A DNA stretch of 64,000 nucleotides from Schmidtea polychroa (taxonomy: Eukaryota), in NCBI GenBank assembly GCA_044892525.1, contig CM097885.1:28894001-28958000 (forward strand), read 5' to 3'. The notes under the pieces are model-generated. The model worked only from the letters and a program-made list of their open reading frames with translations. It did not search any database and had not been told where the DNA came from. A program made the translations under genes and the position numbers. Shown one piece after another: positions 36,170 through 51,032 of the stretch (its first letter is position 1; every line of letters starts with the position of its first letter).

Positions 36170-38706
36170 CTGAAAATTGTAACCATTTTTGCGTTATAAG
36201 GTTTCTCATTAATATTTTAGTAAATAATATTTGAATTTATATATTTTCCAATTTTAAACTGCAATTTAAAATGGTTAATAAAATGCGCTAAGATAAAGAT
36301 TTTGTGATATTATCAATAAATTTAAAGTTTTGCATCAACAAATTAGATAAAACCTTTAGTTGTTATTTGTGGAGTTTCTAGATATTCTATAAAGTGAGGA
36401 TTTCTTGGTAGCAGCATTAATTCAATGTTAAACAAATAAATGATAATATAAGATTCAGAATTATATTCATTAGAGTATAATTTTTGTAGGCCTCCTTTAA
36501 TATGCACACATAACATTTTAAGGACCGTGTCAAAAATACAGTAAACCTTTAATGTTTAAAAACGTATAAAAACAATATATTTGTTTAATAGTAAATAATA
36601 GAAACTGAGAACATGCCTGATTGATGCCGTTAAATCTCCGAACAAAATTGAAATACAACTGGATGTACTTTTCTAAGTGGTTGTGTTGAAAATGAATGTG
36701 AAATATCAAACTGTAACTATTGCATATTTGCAACAATGAGTTTTAGGTGCATGAGAAACACATAATTCAACTGAAAATTTTATTAACTTCATATCTTAAT
36801 AAATTTTGGAAACTTGTGTTGCATATGAGTAACTCGTGTTTAAACATGGATAAGAAACGTGAAAATATTTCTTACTTGAGAACTCTTTTAAAAACTTGTA
36901 TTTATTTAAAAATTATGAATAAGTAAATATATCAAATAAACATCGATTAATTTACTGATTCATAGTCAAGCATTTTAATAAATACAATGTCAATTGAAAA
37001 GAAATCAGTGGTGAAAATTGAAAAAAGTTCTTATAAATGATGAATAAAATGATATTAAATCCAATAATAAAATAAACAGTACAAGCTTTGTGATACCCAA
37101 TGCAAATCCCAATAGTAGACTAGTTTCATGCTTTTGGCTCTCATCAGTACTATGTAGGAGACACGAAGATTTCTCTTCGCGCCAGGTAAGTATACAATAT
37201 TGTTGATTCAACTCTATTGCATACTTTCCCCGGTACACTGGAAATAATGTAATAATGTTAGTATAAATCTTCAAAATGCATGTTAAAACAAAAGGTTTTA
37301 AAAATAAATAAATGACTAAATAAATAATAATAAATGTAGAAAAATAATCACAAGAAAATTGTTTTCAAATAAAAACTTTTATTTAAATATATTTTGATAT
37401 TAAATATATTGATATTATTGGTCTAATAGCCCAAAGTTATGTTTTTGGCATTTCTCTGAAATTAATTTAAATTATTCCTGGTACAATAATAAAATGTCAT
37501 TGAATGAATATGGTGAGACAAAAATTATTGCATCTCACAATTTTCCTTGAATTTCGATTTATTGTTGTATATTAATTTATAAGAGAAAATTACATGAAAT
37601 TAAATAAATTAATAATTTTAAAATCATTCTATTTTTAAATAAATATTAAATTAAAAAAATTATAATTATTATATAAGGTAGTTAATGGTCTCTGTTCAAT
37701 AACCACTTCTTTGTGGCAACCAATATTAATATGAATATTGCATTATAGTGAGAGGGTATTTTAGTCTCAGGCTTTTTCAATATCGATCAGACGGCCATTA
37801 CGGTTATGTCAATTTGAAGTGAGGCTTATTTTAGTTCTAAGGAATTTTCTATATGAGTAGGTGGGGGGGTTGCACTAAGATAAGTAAATTTGAAGAATTC
37901 ACCATAATAAGGGTTATTTTAATATCAGGGTTTTTCTATATGGATCAGGGGCTAACTTCGTAAAGTCTGTGTAAAGATCACATTTTACTGAAGCCTGTAT
38001 TGGTACTGATGATTTTTCTAAATCATTTATTTTATTGGATATTATGGTCTTATGTAAATTAGTTTGTCCTTGATAAGACTAACTTGTTTTCTAGCTATAG
38101 ATTTACAATTTTAAAAATGTTCATTAATGTGTTAACAGACTAGGGAGGAATCAAAAGTTTCATGGAAATATTCTTAGAAGAAAATATGAAGTGAATCAAT
38201 AACTCAATCAGGAAATCAAATCTGGATTGAAAAGATATTTAACAAAATTCATCTGCTATTGATATTTTCATTAAAAATATAATTTTAAAAATTTTCAACG
38301 ATCTTTTTTTTCTAAAATTTGTCTAAAATAAAGTTTATTATAGAAACGTATCTCATCGTTACATTTCAACGAATCAAAAGTTTGTATGTGTTTTTAGTAT
38401 GTGTTGCGTTTGTGTGCAGTTTTTAATTTTTTTCCACTTTTCAGTTTTCTATAATATAAGATGTATCTCACTGAGCTATAAATTAGAACATCAACGTGAA
38501 ATCAAAGTAAGAATGTATGTTTCTATAATGTAAGATTATTGATTTTTTTGTTATATTATATTATATTATATTATATCTCAGTGGTGTTTAGTGTAATGTT
38601 TCTGCTCTGTAATCAATAAATTACTTATAACAAAAAGTAATTGTAGATTTACATAAATAAAAATTAAGAAAATAAAATTAAAATAATTATATAAGTATTG
38701 TATTAC

Positions 38707-38851
38707 CATTTCCTTATCTTTAAGTCTTTTTTCTTCTTCTTCTAATCTTCGAAGTTCTTCTTCTGAGAGAACGTTAGCTTTCGTTTTTAAACGTACAAAT
38801 TCATGGGGTTTTAGCAGAAGTGATTTGGTTTTTACTTTCTCTTTTGGTACT
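38707..38851 (-). CDS. CFAP45: CFAP45 exon (VPKEKVKTKSLLLKPHEFVRLK..VLSEEEL..KEM), not in the ORF track
   Basis: TTCCAG acceptor and GTAATA donor, 145 nt. Phase-compatible with both neighbours. Matches SLIISPEEFERIK..VLTREEL. Confidence 0.88.
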
Positions 38852-40004
38852 CTGGAAAATTGAATTGACAGTTAAAAATTAAAAATCTTTTATTAAATAT
38901 TATTGGAATAAAAGGTTTGTACACCAAAGCGCATAAATTAATTTATATATAGAAAAAATAATTATTGAGGAGGTATTTATTATGGAAAATCAGAAAAATA
39001 ATATTGGTAAGAAAAATAAAATATAACACACACAAACATACACTACACACAACAACTCCATATGTAATATAAATACACACATGAAGACAAAAATACACCT
39101 AATTGCGAAAGTTAAAATAGCCTATAATCTAAAAAAATCAATAAATATATATTATAGGAACAAACAAACTTACCAGTGTGTAAAAATTTAATGCTGCGAA
39201 AGGTAACATATTTATTATAGAAATCTAAAAAGTGAGAGAAAATAATTAATCATACAAACACAGTACACATGATGAAAAATAGATACTAAATTAATAAAGT
39301 GTTTTTTTTCGAAATTAACATTGATCTTTAATATTTTCAAATTGTTTAAAAAGTTATGCACAAAAAAACTTTTGAATCATATTCCGACTGTTCTACCTTG
39401 AGCTTCAGAGAAAAAGAAGAAAATACATCGTAAGATTTAATTATAAAATAATTTAGAATATAAAATTTCTTTAGATTTACAGATATTGAAGAAGGTCCTT
39501 CGACATCTTTGAATTTGCAGAAAATAAATCGCAAAACGTAAATTTTTATAAATTATTTTAACAAATTAATATTTTCATAGAATTACAGAAAACGACAAAA
39601 TTCGAAAAAAGATTACAAAAACTTAAAAACTATTTTATCCATTCTTTCCTAAATGTCTTAAAAATAAATGTTTGGTGATTACTTTATTTATTTATAATTA
39701 TAAAAATATCTAACTTACATTTTTACGAAATAAATCCAAATAAATCCAAATAAAATGTCATAAAATTCCTAAAAAACTCCTGAAATTTAATTATTAATAT
39801 GTTATATTATAAATGCTGCCTAAAAGTAATATTTAAGAACTTGAATAATGATCTCATAATTATATAAAATCAAAATTCCAGTTCTAAAAATTACTTAAAT
39901 TCAAAAACGATTTTTGAAAAATTGAAAAAATGAAATTAAGTTAACATTGTCATATAAATGGTGACTCACCTCAACTGGTGTGCACACCAACGTATATTAT
40001 AGAC

Positions 40005-40217
40005 CAGTGTTTCTCAAACTATGGGTCGCGACCCATTTTTGGGTCGCGAAAGAATTTTTGGTGGGTCGCGATGACTTATGGAAAGATCTACAAATATAAA
40101 TTTTGGAAGTTTAAGCCTTTTAAATTTATTTAATCTTTGTCATGTGGGTCACAATAAAATTTTTGGCATGAAATGTCAAAAATTTGGGTCGTGATCAAAA
40201 AAGTTTGAGAACCACTG
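40005..40217. mobile_element. hAT MITE
   Basis: TIR CAGTGTTTCTCAAACT / AGTTTGAGAACCACTG with 8-bp TSD TTATAGAC on both sides. Confidence 0.95.
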
Positions 40218-40966
40218 TTATAGACAATGTTAACTTTCGCAATTAGGTGTAGAATAGGTACAGAATAATTTATTATGAGATTTTTGAATTATAAATATGC
40301 AATTTGAGAGTTTTACTACCGTTTTATCACATTCCAACTTTTCATGAGTAGTCGAGAGGGTATGAGGCGCAATGTAAATTATAATTTGATTTAAAAATTC
40401 CTACTAAAATCATTTTTAGAAATTTATAAAATGAAGAAAAGCATCGAAAAACGTAATTTATAATTGAAATATTACATTTAAAGTTAATTATTTTTATACT
40501 CAGAAATTGATAAAAAAAAAGATTGATCAAAGTTGCAGGACAAGGAGAAAATTATTGCAATCACAAAAAAATTGCCGGAAATTATTACTAATCTTTAAAA
40601 ATGTATTTAAATTAAAATTTAATAAATCTAACCGTTATCAAAAATTATATTCATATGACCTGAATTTCATATTAAAAACGAAATTTTAATTTTAAAAAAT
40701 ATATTAACATAAAAAGATTAAAGTTATTTTAAAAGCCTTTAGAATAATTTAAATTTAATAAAAATATATAACTATTAACTTACAATCTGCTTATAATTTT
40801 TATATTTGTTGCACAAAATATATACGCTTTGGTGTATCATTTTGCTTTAGTACATTTCAGTGGTGCGTGTTTGTATTTGTTCAATTCAGTTTATTCCGCG
40901 TTGCATTTGATAAAAACTTTACGGAGTGTGTTGGGAGAATTTTGCATACATAGACAAAAATGAGTA

Positions 40967-41185
40967 CCGTATATACTCGCGTATAAGTCGAGAAATTTAC
41001 ATCAAATTTTCAAGTCAAAATAGTCACTTCGACTTATACAAGGGTAAAAAAAACGTACAGATTTAATTTTTAATGAAATCATTAAACCTTTTTTTATTTT
41101 TGTTACTTCGACTTATACGCGGGTTTCCAATTTAGGACTTAAAAACCTCTTAAAATTTACTTGACTTATACGCGAGTATGTACAG
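40967..41185. mobile_element. Tc1/mariner-superfamily MITE
   Basis: TIR CCGTATATACTCGCGTATAAGTC / GACTTATACGCGAGTATGTACAG, flanked by TA. Confidence 0.9.
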
Positions 41186-41804
41186 TAATTACTCCATATA
41201 AATTATTGTCAAGAATTTATAACTAATTATAGAAGTATCACATTTTAAATTATGAAATTTATTGAATTGTTAAATAGACATTAGTAGTATATAATGAGGA
41301 CTACAGGACACTTTCAAGGTCATGGAATATCAAGATCAAATATAGGTCAATTGAATCATTTATTTATTATTTTTTTTAAATTAACCTTTGCATAGATCTC
41401 TTCAAGACCTTTCGAATGATACCCTGCTTTGAAAGTTTGACCTTAATAATTTTATTTTGTCAACTTTTTCGTCAAAATAAGTTTTGAAATTTAAATTTTA
41501 AAATACCGCAACGTAATATATTTAAAATACCGCAACGTAATATATTTTTAAAAAAAAATTTTAAAAAAAAATTTTAAAAAAAAATTTTAAAAAAAGAAAA
41601 AAAAGTACCCCCTCCCTCGGGGGGTGGGGTGGGGTATGACGTAATTTTATTTATGACGTCATCGATTACGTAATAGTTCTTTGTTCCCGGCTCCACACAT
41701 TACCCTACTCTACTGTTTTTTCTCTCTCTTTTTCACCCCTTTGTCTCTTTTCTCTAAGTGCGATTGGGATTTAAGTCTAACTATGTATAGGCAGAATTTA
41801 ATTC

Positions 41805-42540
41805 TCTACAACATGGCTCAATTAAAATTTTAGTTTGGTGTTTAGTGTGTAATACACACATGTTTTTACGATTAATTTGTATTTTTCGCGCGGTTAACGT
41901 AGTTTTCTTGGATTTTTATTCATATATTATATAGATAAAATTTAATTTTCTATAAAATGGCTCAATTACAATTTTAGTTTGTCGCTTTGTGTGTAATACA
42001 CATGTTTTTACGATAAATTTGTATTTTTCATACAGTTAACGTAATTTTCTTAGGATTTTATTCATATAATATATAGATAAAATTAAATTTTCTATAAAAT
42101 GGATTGATTAGAAATTATGTATCTTGTTCTGTGTGTAATACACACACATGTTTTATGATAAATTTGTATTTATTATACGTTAACGTAATTTCCTTGGATA
42201 TTTATTCATATATTATATAGATAAAATTTAATTTTCTATAAAATAGCTTGATTAAAAATTATGTCTCGTATGTTGTGTGTAATACACACATGTTTTTACG
42301 ATAAATTTGTATTTTTCATACAGTTAACGTAATTTTCTTGGATATATATTCATATAATATATAAATAAAATTTAATTTTCTATAAAATGGATTGATTAGA
42401 AATTATGTATCTTGTTTTGTGTGTAATACACACATGTTTTTACGATAAATTTGTATTTATTATACGTTAACGTAATTTCCTTGTATATTTATTCATATAT
42501 TATAGAGATAAAATTTAATTTTCTATAAAATGGATTGATC
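41805..42540. repeat. Five ~145-bp tandem repeats inside element C
   Basis: Recurring ctataaaatgg..gtgtaatacacacatgtttttacgataaatttgtattt..gttaacgtaattt unit. Confidence 0.9.
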
Positions 42541-43326
42541 TAGAGTTTAAAATGTTGTATTATTTTATTACTTTGTTGCAATATTTTTATAATCTTATAA
42601 CAATTTGCTTAAATATTTTACATCTGGTGAAATATTTCCGAAATATGTTATTACTTTGTTGTAATTTACTGAAAGACTTCACAATTTATTACAATATTCT
42701 TTTTAATTTGTTGTCCGTCTTCGAAATAATGTATTGATTTGTCCCAATTAACATCATTATTTTATTACTTTGTTGCAATATTTTTATTATTTTAGTTACA
42801 ATTTGATAAATATTTTACAACTTTGTTGAAATTTTCTGAAATATGTTACTACTTTGTTGTAATATTTTCTAATCTTGTTACAATTTGCTTAAATATTTTA
42901 CAACTGTTGAAAATTTATCTGAAATATGTTATTACTTTGTTACAATTTTATGAAAACGTTATTACTGTTTTGCAATTTGATGAAAAATGATATTACTTTG
43001 TGGGTTCATCACATTATTTTTTATTAAATTATTATGAAAATGTTAAATAAGTCAACTTTAGCATCAAAATGTGTTTTAAAATATATATAAGTTTTAAAAT
43101 ACTGCAACGTAATGCATTTATTTTTCATAACCCTTCCTTGATTTTGATTGGTCAGAATATATTTATTTTTCCTACCTCTTCCTTGATTTTGATTGGTCAG
43201 AATTTAATCATGTGTAATATATAAGCAGTAACTTTTCAAATGTTTGTCATTTAAACTTTTAATTTAACTTATATAAGTGAATAATTTTTTATTCTCTATC
43301 TAATATTAATGATTATTTTCTTTTAG

Positions 43327-46300
43327 TGAACGGATGCAGTTTATATAAATTTTGTATTGCCGAAAGTCATGAAGATGTGGAGAACTGTAAATCAGTTACA
43401 TCATATTTCAAGATAAATGACTGTACCTTATCGGGTTACATATGTCCGGAATGTCTCATTATATCACCAGGTTGGTGGTTAATGTTTGTACGACAACACG
43501 GACACCATCTTAGAAGATTCGAAGAAACGAAGAGCAGCATGATCACTAAAAGTAATACTCTTTCTACTATTAACAATTATTAATTTTTTTTTATAGTACA
43601 ATCGAAAATGAATACATCATACGATCCTAAGCAGATTAAAGAATATGTTACAAGTTATGTTATTTAAGTTGTTTAATATTAATTATAAATATAGTTAGAC
43701 AAAACTCTGGCACCACAAAACGAAAGTCAATATTTTACGGAAATGGAGACTCTAACATACAATTGTGTCCACGTCGGGAGTCTGACTTAAATGGTTCTCG
43801 TGTTGAATTAACAAGCGATGTATCTGCAATTAATTCTCCTGACATTGTTGTTCCAGATTGTCTCATCAAAAAAATAGAAGATCATATTCAACGAATGGGG
43901 ACAGTAAAAATCGAATTTGGACTTTGTGCAGAGTTTATCAAAGAGGATCGTGAAATTAAAAAATGGTGTTTGTCGAATAAAGCAATTACAATGTCATCTT
44001 CATTTATAAATGATGTAATTGAAAAATTAAAAGAAAAGTTGGAGAAATACACTCAACAAAGTAGTGGGTGGAGAATTCATAAAATATTAGAAGTTACTAT
44101 GATTTTAACTAAATTATCAGACATAATACATGTATCTGGTAAGTTTATTTACATTATTATATATATAAATCAAGATATTTACTTAGGTTCATGTTACATT
44201 AAAACGCCAAATTACCTGAAAAACTGCCAGGCTTTAGTTAATGTTCAAAATAATGATCAATTCTGCTTTTTATATAGCATACTGGCCGTATTACATTATG
44301 ATGACATAAAACACCACAGAGAAAGAGTAATGAAATATAACTTAAGTGGTAATATATATATTTATAAATGTCATAAATCATTGAATTTTGTTTTTAAGAC
44401 TTAAAATGGAAATTTGAATGGTTTCCGATGAGGTTGGTTAAAATTTGCCAATTTGAGGCAATGAATCCTAATCTAGCGATCAATGTTCTCAAATATAATA
44501 AAGATCCAATTAAACAAAAAACTAATGATATTTTCAAGAATCCGTTCGTTGACTTGGTATATAGAAGTACTTCGACGGGATCTCAATTATATCTCTTATT
44601 GATTGAAGAAGGTAATATTTCCTTTAATCATTAAAAATATTAACTAAATTTTAGAATTAAATTATCATTTTTTGGCTGTAACCAATCTCGATCGACTGCT
44701 GAATTACAGAGATAAAGTAGAAGGAGTCTGAATTCAATCACAATGGTGTCATACATGTCTTCATGGGTTTCGAAAACGTCCTGCTTTTGAAAGACATATA
44801 GGTCTTTGTAGGAAGAATGTGGAGCGGACGACTCTATACTCAATGCCAGAGAATAAATATATCGAATTTAAAGACTGAAGTAAAACTATAAAACAGCAGT
44901 TTGTTGTCTACGCGGACTTTGAATCAATATTACCTCTAGATGACAAGCACTTCCAAAAACATGAGCCGATTGCATCTGAATTTGTGCTTCTTCATCAAGG
45001 TTGTCCGATCCGAAATGAAACATTTGTTGGGAAAACCTGTATCATTCAGTTCATACAAGCATTGGATGATATAGCTACAGACATAGTTTATCCGTGGTAT
45101 AAAATTAATGGATCAAAGGAAATGATGGAACTCACTTGGGAACAGCAGGAAGAATTCACGACTCAAAAGATTATCAATATACCTGTTCGGGATCATGATC
45201 ATTTTACCGGTCAATATCTCGGAGCAGCGTGTCAAGATTGTAATTTGGCTAGAAGAATCAATCCGTCTTTACCTGTTGTATTTCATAATCTTCGTGGATA
45301 TGACATTCATCATATATTAAAATATGCAATTGGAAAATTCCCCGATTGGAATTTAAATGTTATTCCTCAATCAACAGAAAAGTTTCTCACACTTACAGCG
45401 ACATTGAAAGGCAGAAGATTTAGATTCATTGATTCTTTACAATTTTTAAATAGCAGCTTGGCAAATTTATCAAAAGATTTACCATGTCTTCCACTGACCT
45501 CAGATGTTTTTGAATCACAGATGATGACTTGTAAAACCATTTTTCCTTATGATATGGCTACATCAATGGATGTTTTACAGTCAATAACAGAATTACCACT
45601 GATTTTGGAGGGAGTTAGTGAAGAAGATTATATACATGCAAATCGAATCTGGCAACAATACTACTGTGAGACACTGCTAGATTACATGCTAGTATATCTC
45701 AAGCTGGATGTTTTTCTGTTGGCCGATGTTTTCGAAGCTTTCAGAGAAAAAAATTTGACGAAGATGGACATGAGGCTCTATCGTTTGTTTCCATACCCGG
45801 ATTAAGTTGGGCATCAGCTATTAAACAGTTACCTGAACCGGTAGAACTTATTCAAGATCCAGAGCTTTACCGTTTATTTGAAGCTGGTATTCGTGGTGGA
45901 ATGACATTTATCAAGAAACATCATGTTGAAGCTGATGAATCAACACAAATGTCATACCTAGATGTTAATAATTTATATGGATGGGCGCTGTCGCAAACAC
46001 TTCCTGTTGGTGAATTTAGATGGATAAATGATCAGACTGAAATGAATGGTATTGTTGAAAGATGTGCAAATGGGGATGAGTTTGATTGAGATCGTGGATA
46101 TGTTCTAGAGGTTGACATCGTCATTCCTGATAGTATACAAGATAAACTAGATGATTTACCTATAGCTCCTGAGCTTTGTTATCCGCCTGGTAGTAAAGTT
46201 GAAAAGCTGTTGTTAACTCATGAGCCTAAGAAAAACTATGTAGTTAATGGTAGAGTTTTGACAGAGTGGTTGAGTTACGGCGCAAAAGTCACAAAAGTTA

Positions 46301-47238
46301 ATCGTGCTGTAGAATTCAAACAAGTGGCAATTTTCAAATGATACATTGATTACAATACCAAAATGAGAGCAGCTAGTACGGATTCGTTTCAGCGAGATTA
46401 TTATAAGTTAAAGAACAACAGTTTATACGGTAAAACTGTGGAAAACTTGAAGAAACGTATAAATTTGAGATTATGCAACAAAAGCAAAAGATTGATAACT
46501 TATTGTAGTCATCCTATGTTTCGTCGTAGCATCAAGATTGCGGATGATCTCATTGCTGTTATACTCAATAAGGAAATTGTGTGTTTAGATAGACCAATGT
46601 ATATTGGACAAACCGTACTTGATTTATCCAAACTTCGCATGTACTAATTTCAATATAAAGAACTGCAGAGTTATAGAGAAGAATTCAATTGTCAAATTAA
46701 TATCGTAGCTGGTGACACAGATTCCTTCTTCTAAGAGTGTAAAAATGTAGATTTACGCTTACAACTATATCCAAAAATGATTGAAGATGGGCTCCTAGAT
46801 ACTTCAAATTATCCAGTGACCGATCCGTTGTCCTCTGATAAAATTTGTTCTGTAATCGGGAAAGTTAAGGATGAGAATAAAGGAAATCAATATAAAGAAT
46901 GGGTGTTTCTTCGACCCAAGTGCTACTCACTCCAAGGCGATAAAGACACTCTAAAAGCCAAAGGAATAAGTCTTACAAACTCTAATCTTACACATGAAGC
47001 CTATAAAAAAGTGTATACTGATGGTGGAACAGTGAGCATCCACCAAAAGAGAATAGGAAGTGTTAATCATCAGTTGTATACTTTCATTACAGAAAAATGA
47101 GCTCTCCAATGTTTGGACGATAAAAGGTATTGGTACAATTGTAATGAAAGTTATGCCTACGGTCATTATAAGATTCGTCAAATGCATATTGCAACTGCTA
47201 TGTCTAGAAATGAATGCAAATCGAAACAAGCACTTTAA
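43327..47238 (+). pseudogene. Intron-containing protein-primed family B DNA polymerase with several stops and frameshifts
   Basis: Motifs VNVQNNDQFCF, YADFES (ExoI), RDHDHFTG..ACQDCN, FHNLRGYD (ExoII), YLKLDV (ExoIII), YLDVNNLYG (A), KLKNNSLYGK (B), GDTDS (C), RPKCY and DDKR. Introns at 44139-44186, 44349-44398 and 44612-44654. Confidence 0.95.
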
Positions 47239-50200
47239 CAATTAAATTTATGTGAATAATAAAATATATATTGTGAATTGTTTGACTTAGTTAATTAAAA
47301 TGTGTTTTATCATTTAATTATTCATTTGTCCAATTAATTTAGATAATTAGTTTCAAGTAAGAAATATTATTTTTGTGTTTATTTTATTTATTTTTTCCGA
47401 AAAATTAATATCCGGTTTATCCAAAATTAACTCAGCCTTTTATTTTATAATAAATTAAATAATTTCTAATTAAAATTTTATTCAAATTGAATAATTACTA
47501 ATTAAAATTTTATTCAAATTGAAATATTATTGTTATAATTTACCTCTTGTTAGAATATAATGTAAATGTAAAATTAAAAAAAAATAATAATAATAATAAT
47601 AATAAATAAATAAAATAATACTAAAATAAAAACATAATAAAATAATTAATTAAGAAAATTAAAAAGAAAAAAAAATAAATAGAAGTAATTAAATAAAATT
47701 TAAATTAAAAAATAAATAAATTAATTAAAAAAAAATAAATAAAAATAAAAATAAATAATAATAAAGCGTAAGTAATTAAAATAAAATATTAATAAACTAA
47801 TAAATTAATTAAATGTAATAAATTAAAAATTAACTAAAGTAAGTAATTAAAATATAACATCATAAAATAATTAATTAATAAAATTAAAAAGAAAAAAAAA
47901 TAAATAGAAGTAATTAAATAAAATTTAAATTAAAAAATAAATAAATTAATTAAAAAAAAATAAATAAAAATAAAAATAAATAATAATAAAGCGTAAGTAA
48001 TTAAAATAAAATATTAATAAACTAATAAATTAATTAAATGTAATAAATTAAAAATTAAATAAAGTAAGTAATTAAAATATAACATCATAAAATAATTAAT
48101 TAATAAAATTAAAAAGAAAAAATTAAAAAGAAGTAATTAAATAAAATGTTAATTTAAAAAAAAATAAATAAATAAATGATTCAATTGACCTATATTTGAT
48201 CTTGATATTCCATGACCTTGAAAGTGTCCTGGAGTCCTCATTATATACTACTGACATTATCAATATTTTTAAAAATTAATGAATCCAATCACCCATAATT
48301 TATATAATTTACATATCATTATGTCAGTTGCAATAACTTTGAAATAATTAATTTAGGAAGTCGTGTTAAAAGTTAACAAGTACAATTTATTATGAACATG
48401 TGTTATCAGACAAATATAAGAGACTATTTTTATTTTAATAGTTTCATAATATTATTTTTTCGATATTTCATTAAATTTATTGAAAATTATAAAATAATGC
48501 AAAGTTACAAATAAAAAAGCAAGGCAATGTGAAACAATTTAAACGCAAATTGAAAATTGAGTGTCAACAATGTATGCTACACAAACGGAACCAATGCAAA
48601 GTTATGTATTTGTGTATTTTCCTATTTATTAATTAAAAAATTTCAATTTTTCCAATTACACTTTTCAATATTTGGAATTATAATTTTAACTGACTTTTAA
48701 TTTCCAACATTTCCAAATTTTGTTTTTTAACATTTAATATATTACCATTTGTAATTTTTGACATTTTACACAGTTTACATTCTCATAAAGTCTGGTAATT
48801 GAAATAATATTTTCTTATTTTTATGGTCGCTTGATTTTATTTCCAATGATTAAACATTAAAACAAGACAAATTAACTAATTATGAAATATAATTAATTTA
48901 TTAACTAAATCTTTACGTTTCTCTTGAAAAACTTAGAATTTTTTATTAACCAAATTAAACGCTTGACTAAAAATTTTGAGTAAAATTTTCAATAGAATTG
49001 CTCATTGATGCATTTATTTTTAACACGAAATTACAGCTTAAGAGTAAGAAAAGGAGAAATTCAAATCATACAAAAAACCTTTTAAGCAATTGTAAATTTC
49101 ATAATTTTTAATTACAAAAATTTGTTTTTCGATGTTTTAAACAAGTTATTAATTGATTAATTAAAATTAATTAATCTTTTAATTAATCTTTTAAAGCAGT
49201 CTTTCTCAATCTGATATGCGATAAGTGATGAATTATTAATGAAAACAATATTTTGTGTGATTTTCACATTTATGTTCGGCGTAAAGATTTCGTTTATTTG
49301 CTGGACAAAACTTTTAAGAAAAAAAATGACGAAATAAGGTCATTCCTTGAATATCTAGTAAGTTTTAAGGCCCGTTTTTTTAAAATATTTACCTCCTGGT
49401 GCACTACTGGTACGGTACACCACATTAAATAGATTGGGAACCTCTGTTTTAAAGAGTTAAAAACAAATTCCATTATATATGATCTAAAAGTACAAATAGT
49501 AAAGTTTAAATGACATTACTCAATTTTTATATTTGCATAAAATAAATATTTACAGTAAAAATAATGGTGTCACACAGTCCAATTATAATTATGTTGAGGA
49601 TACCTAAATAACAATTTATAAAGAAATAAATAAAATTACCTGGGGGGAAATCGCCATGACAAAAGGGACTCTAATGGAACTCAGAAAAGAAAACGGAAGT
49701 AAAAAGAAACTAAAAATGAGAAAGATAAAGGAAATAAAAGGAATCAAACAGGAAAATAAAAACTAAGGTCAGTACTAATTAATTAGTACAAAAAGGAAAA
49801 GGAATTTTGAAATCGGGGAAAAAGGAAAACAACAATATCCTTATCTCGACAGCTTGCCAGTGATAACAGAATTAATGGGAGAAGGCGGTCAAGCAAAAAA
49901 AAGGAAAATAACTTGACAGATGTCAGAGATAAAAATGGAACAGTCGGGGAAAGCAGGAGAAAGAAAATGGGAAAACAATTGATTATCTGGAGTGCCACAA
50001 GAGAAGCAAACTATATAAAGGAAAACTGGAGAACAAAATTAGAGACAAAAGTGACGCGAAATTGACACAATTTGGAAGACGATTTGAGTGACAATTTGTG
50101 AGATAATTTAGGAGATAATTTGTGAGAGAAAATTAGACAACGTCGGACGAAACGTTGTTGGAGAAACGATAGTGAAAAAGAATTGTAAAGAAAATAATTG

Positions 50201-51032
50201 TGAAGAATAATTGTTGGAGAAGATTTGAATAAAAGAATTTGTTGAAAAATTAAACGAAAAGAAGTTATTTGATTATTTGAATAAATTTGTGAAGAAGGTC
50301 AAAGAAAACAACCAGCTCAAAGTCCCAGTTGATATACCAATCAGTAATTTGTAATCTTTTTATCCGGTGTTATATACAAGTGCTATCCGAGTGTTGTAAT
50401 AAGCATTGTATATAGTCACCAAGCAGAGTGTTGAATTTATTGTCAGTGTAAAGAGAAATTTTATTTGTGATTATCAATAAACATTTCTGTTGTCAAGTGT
50501 TATTTGTGAATCGGTTAAAGACACGCTTGGAGTCAGAGTAACATATAAATTTATCACCAACTCAATAACCCAACAATAAACCAATTTAATGTTTGAACTG
50601 GTAATGCCATAACGACAGAGATTTTCAAGACTTTTGGAATCATAACAGACACTTAAGGCCACATGTTTGTGATGTAAATTTCTTGAATGAAGCGCCTTTG
50701 TTGGACTGTATACGAAGAATAAACCTTTGTTAGATTTTCATCTAGAGTGGAAAATCCTGAAAGTCAAAGATATGTTACCTTCATTAATGGAATTTGTTAA
50801 AGTCAATCAAAAGGAGATTATATTCATAAAATCTTTTCATCATTACAACATTTATGTTGTTATAAATGGAGAACAAAGCTGTTAAAAAATCTTTTAATGA
50901 ATACAATTTACCTGCAAACATTTGAATAACATATATAACTTCCGGTTTTCAAAAATATTTCTATCAATTTTCAATCTTCCACAAAATTTAGAGTTTTAGG
51001 TTTAGGTTTAGGATTTTTCGAAATAAGATTTA

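Larger units (their letters stand above)
41283..48252 (+). mobile_element. Polinton-derived element C, 7.0 kb, carrying only PolB
   Basis: AGTAGTA...TACTACT termini, near-perfect ~100-bp TIRs, and 6-bp TSD GACATT at 41277-41282 and 48253-48258. Confidence 0.95.

Noticed and set aside
49568..50647. Possible solo LTR (TGTCAC...ATAACA, purine-rich)
   Set aside because: No matching TSD or second copy in the window, so the boundaries are unsupported.
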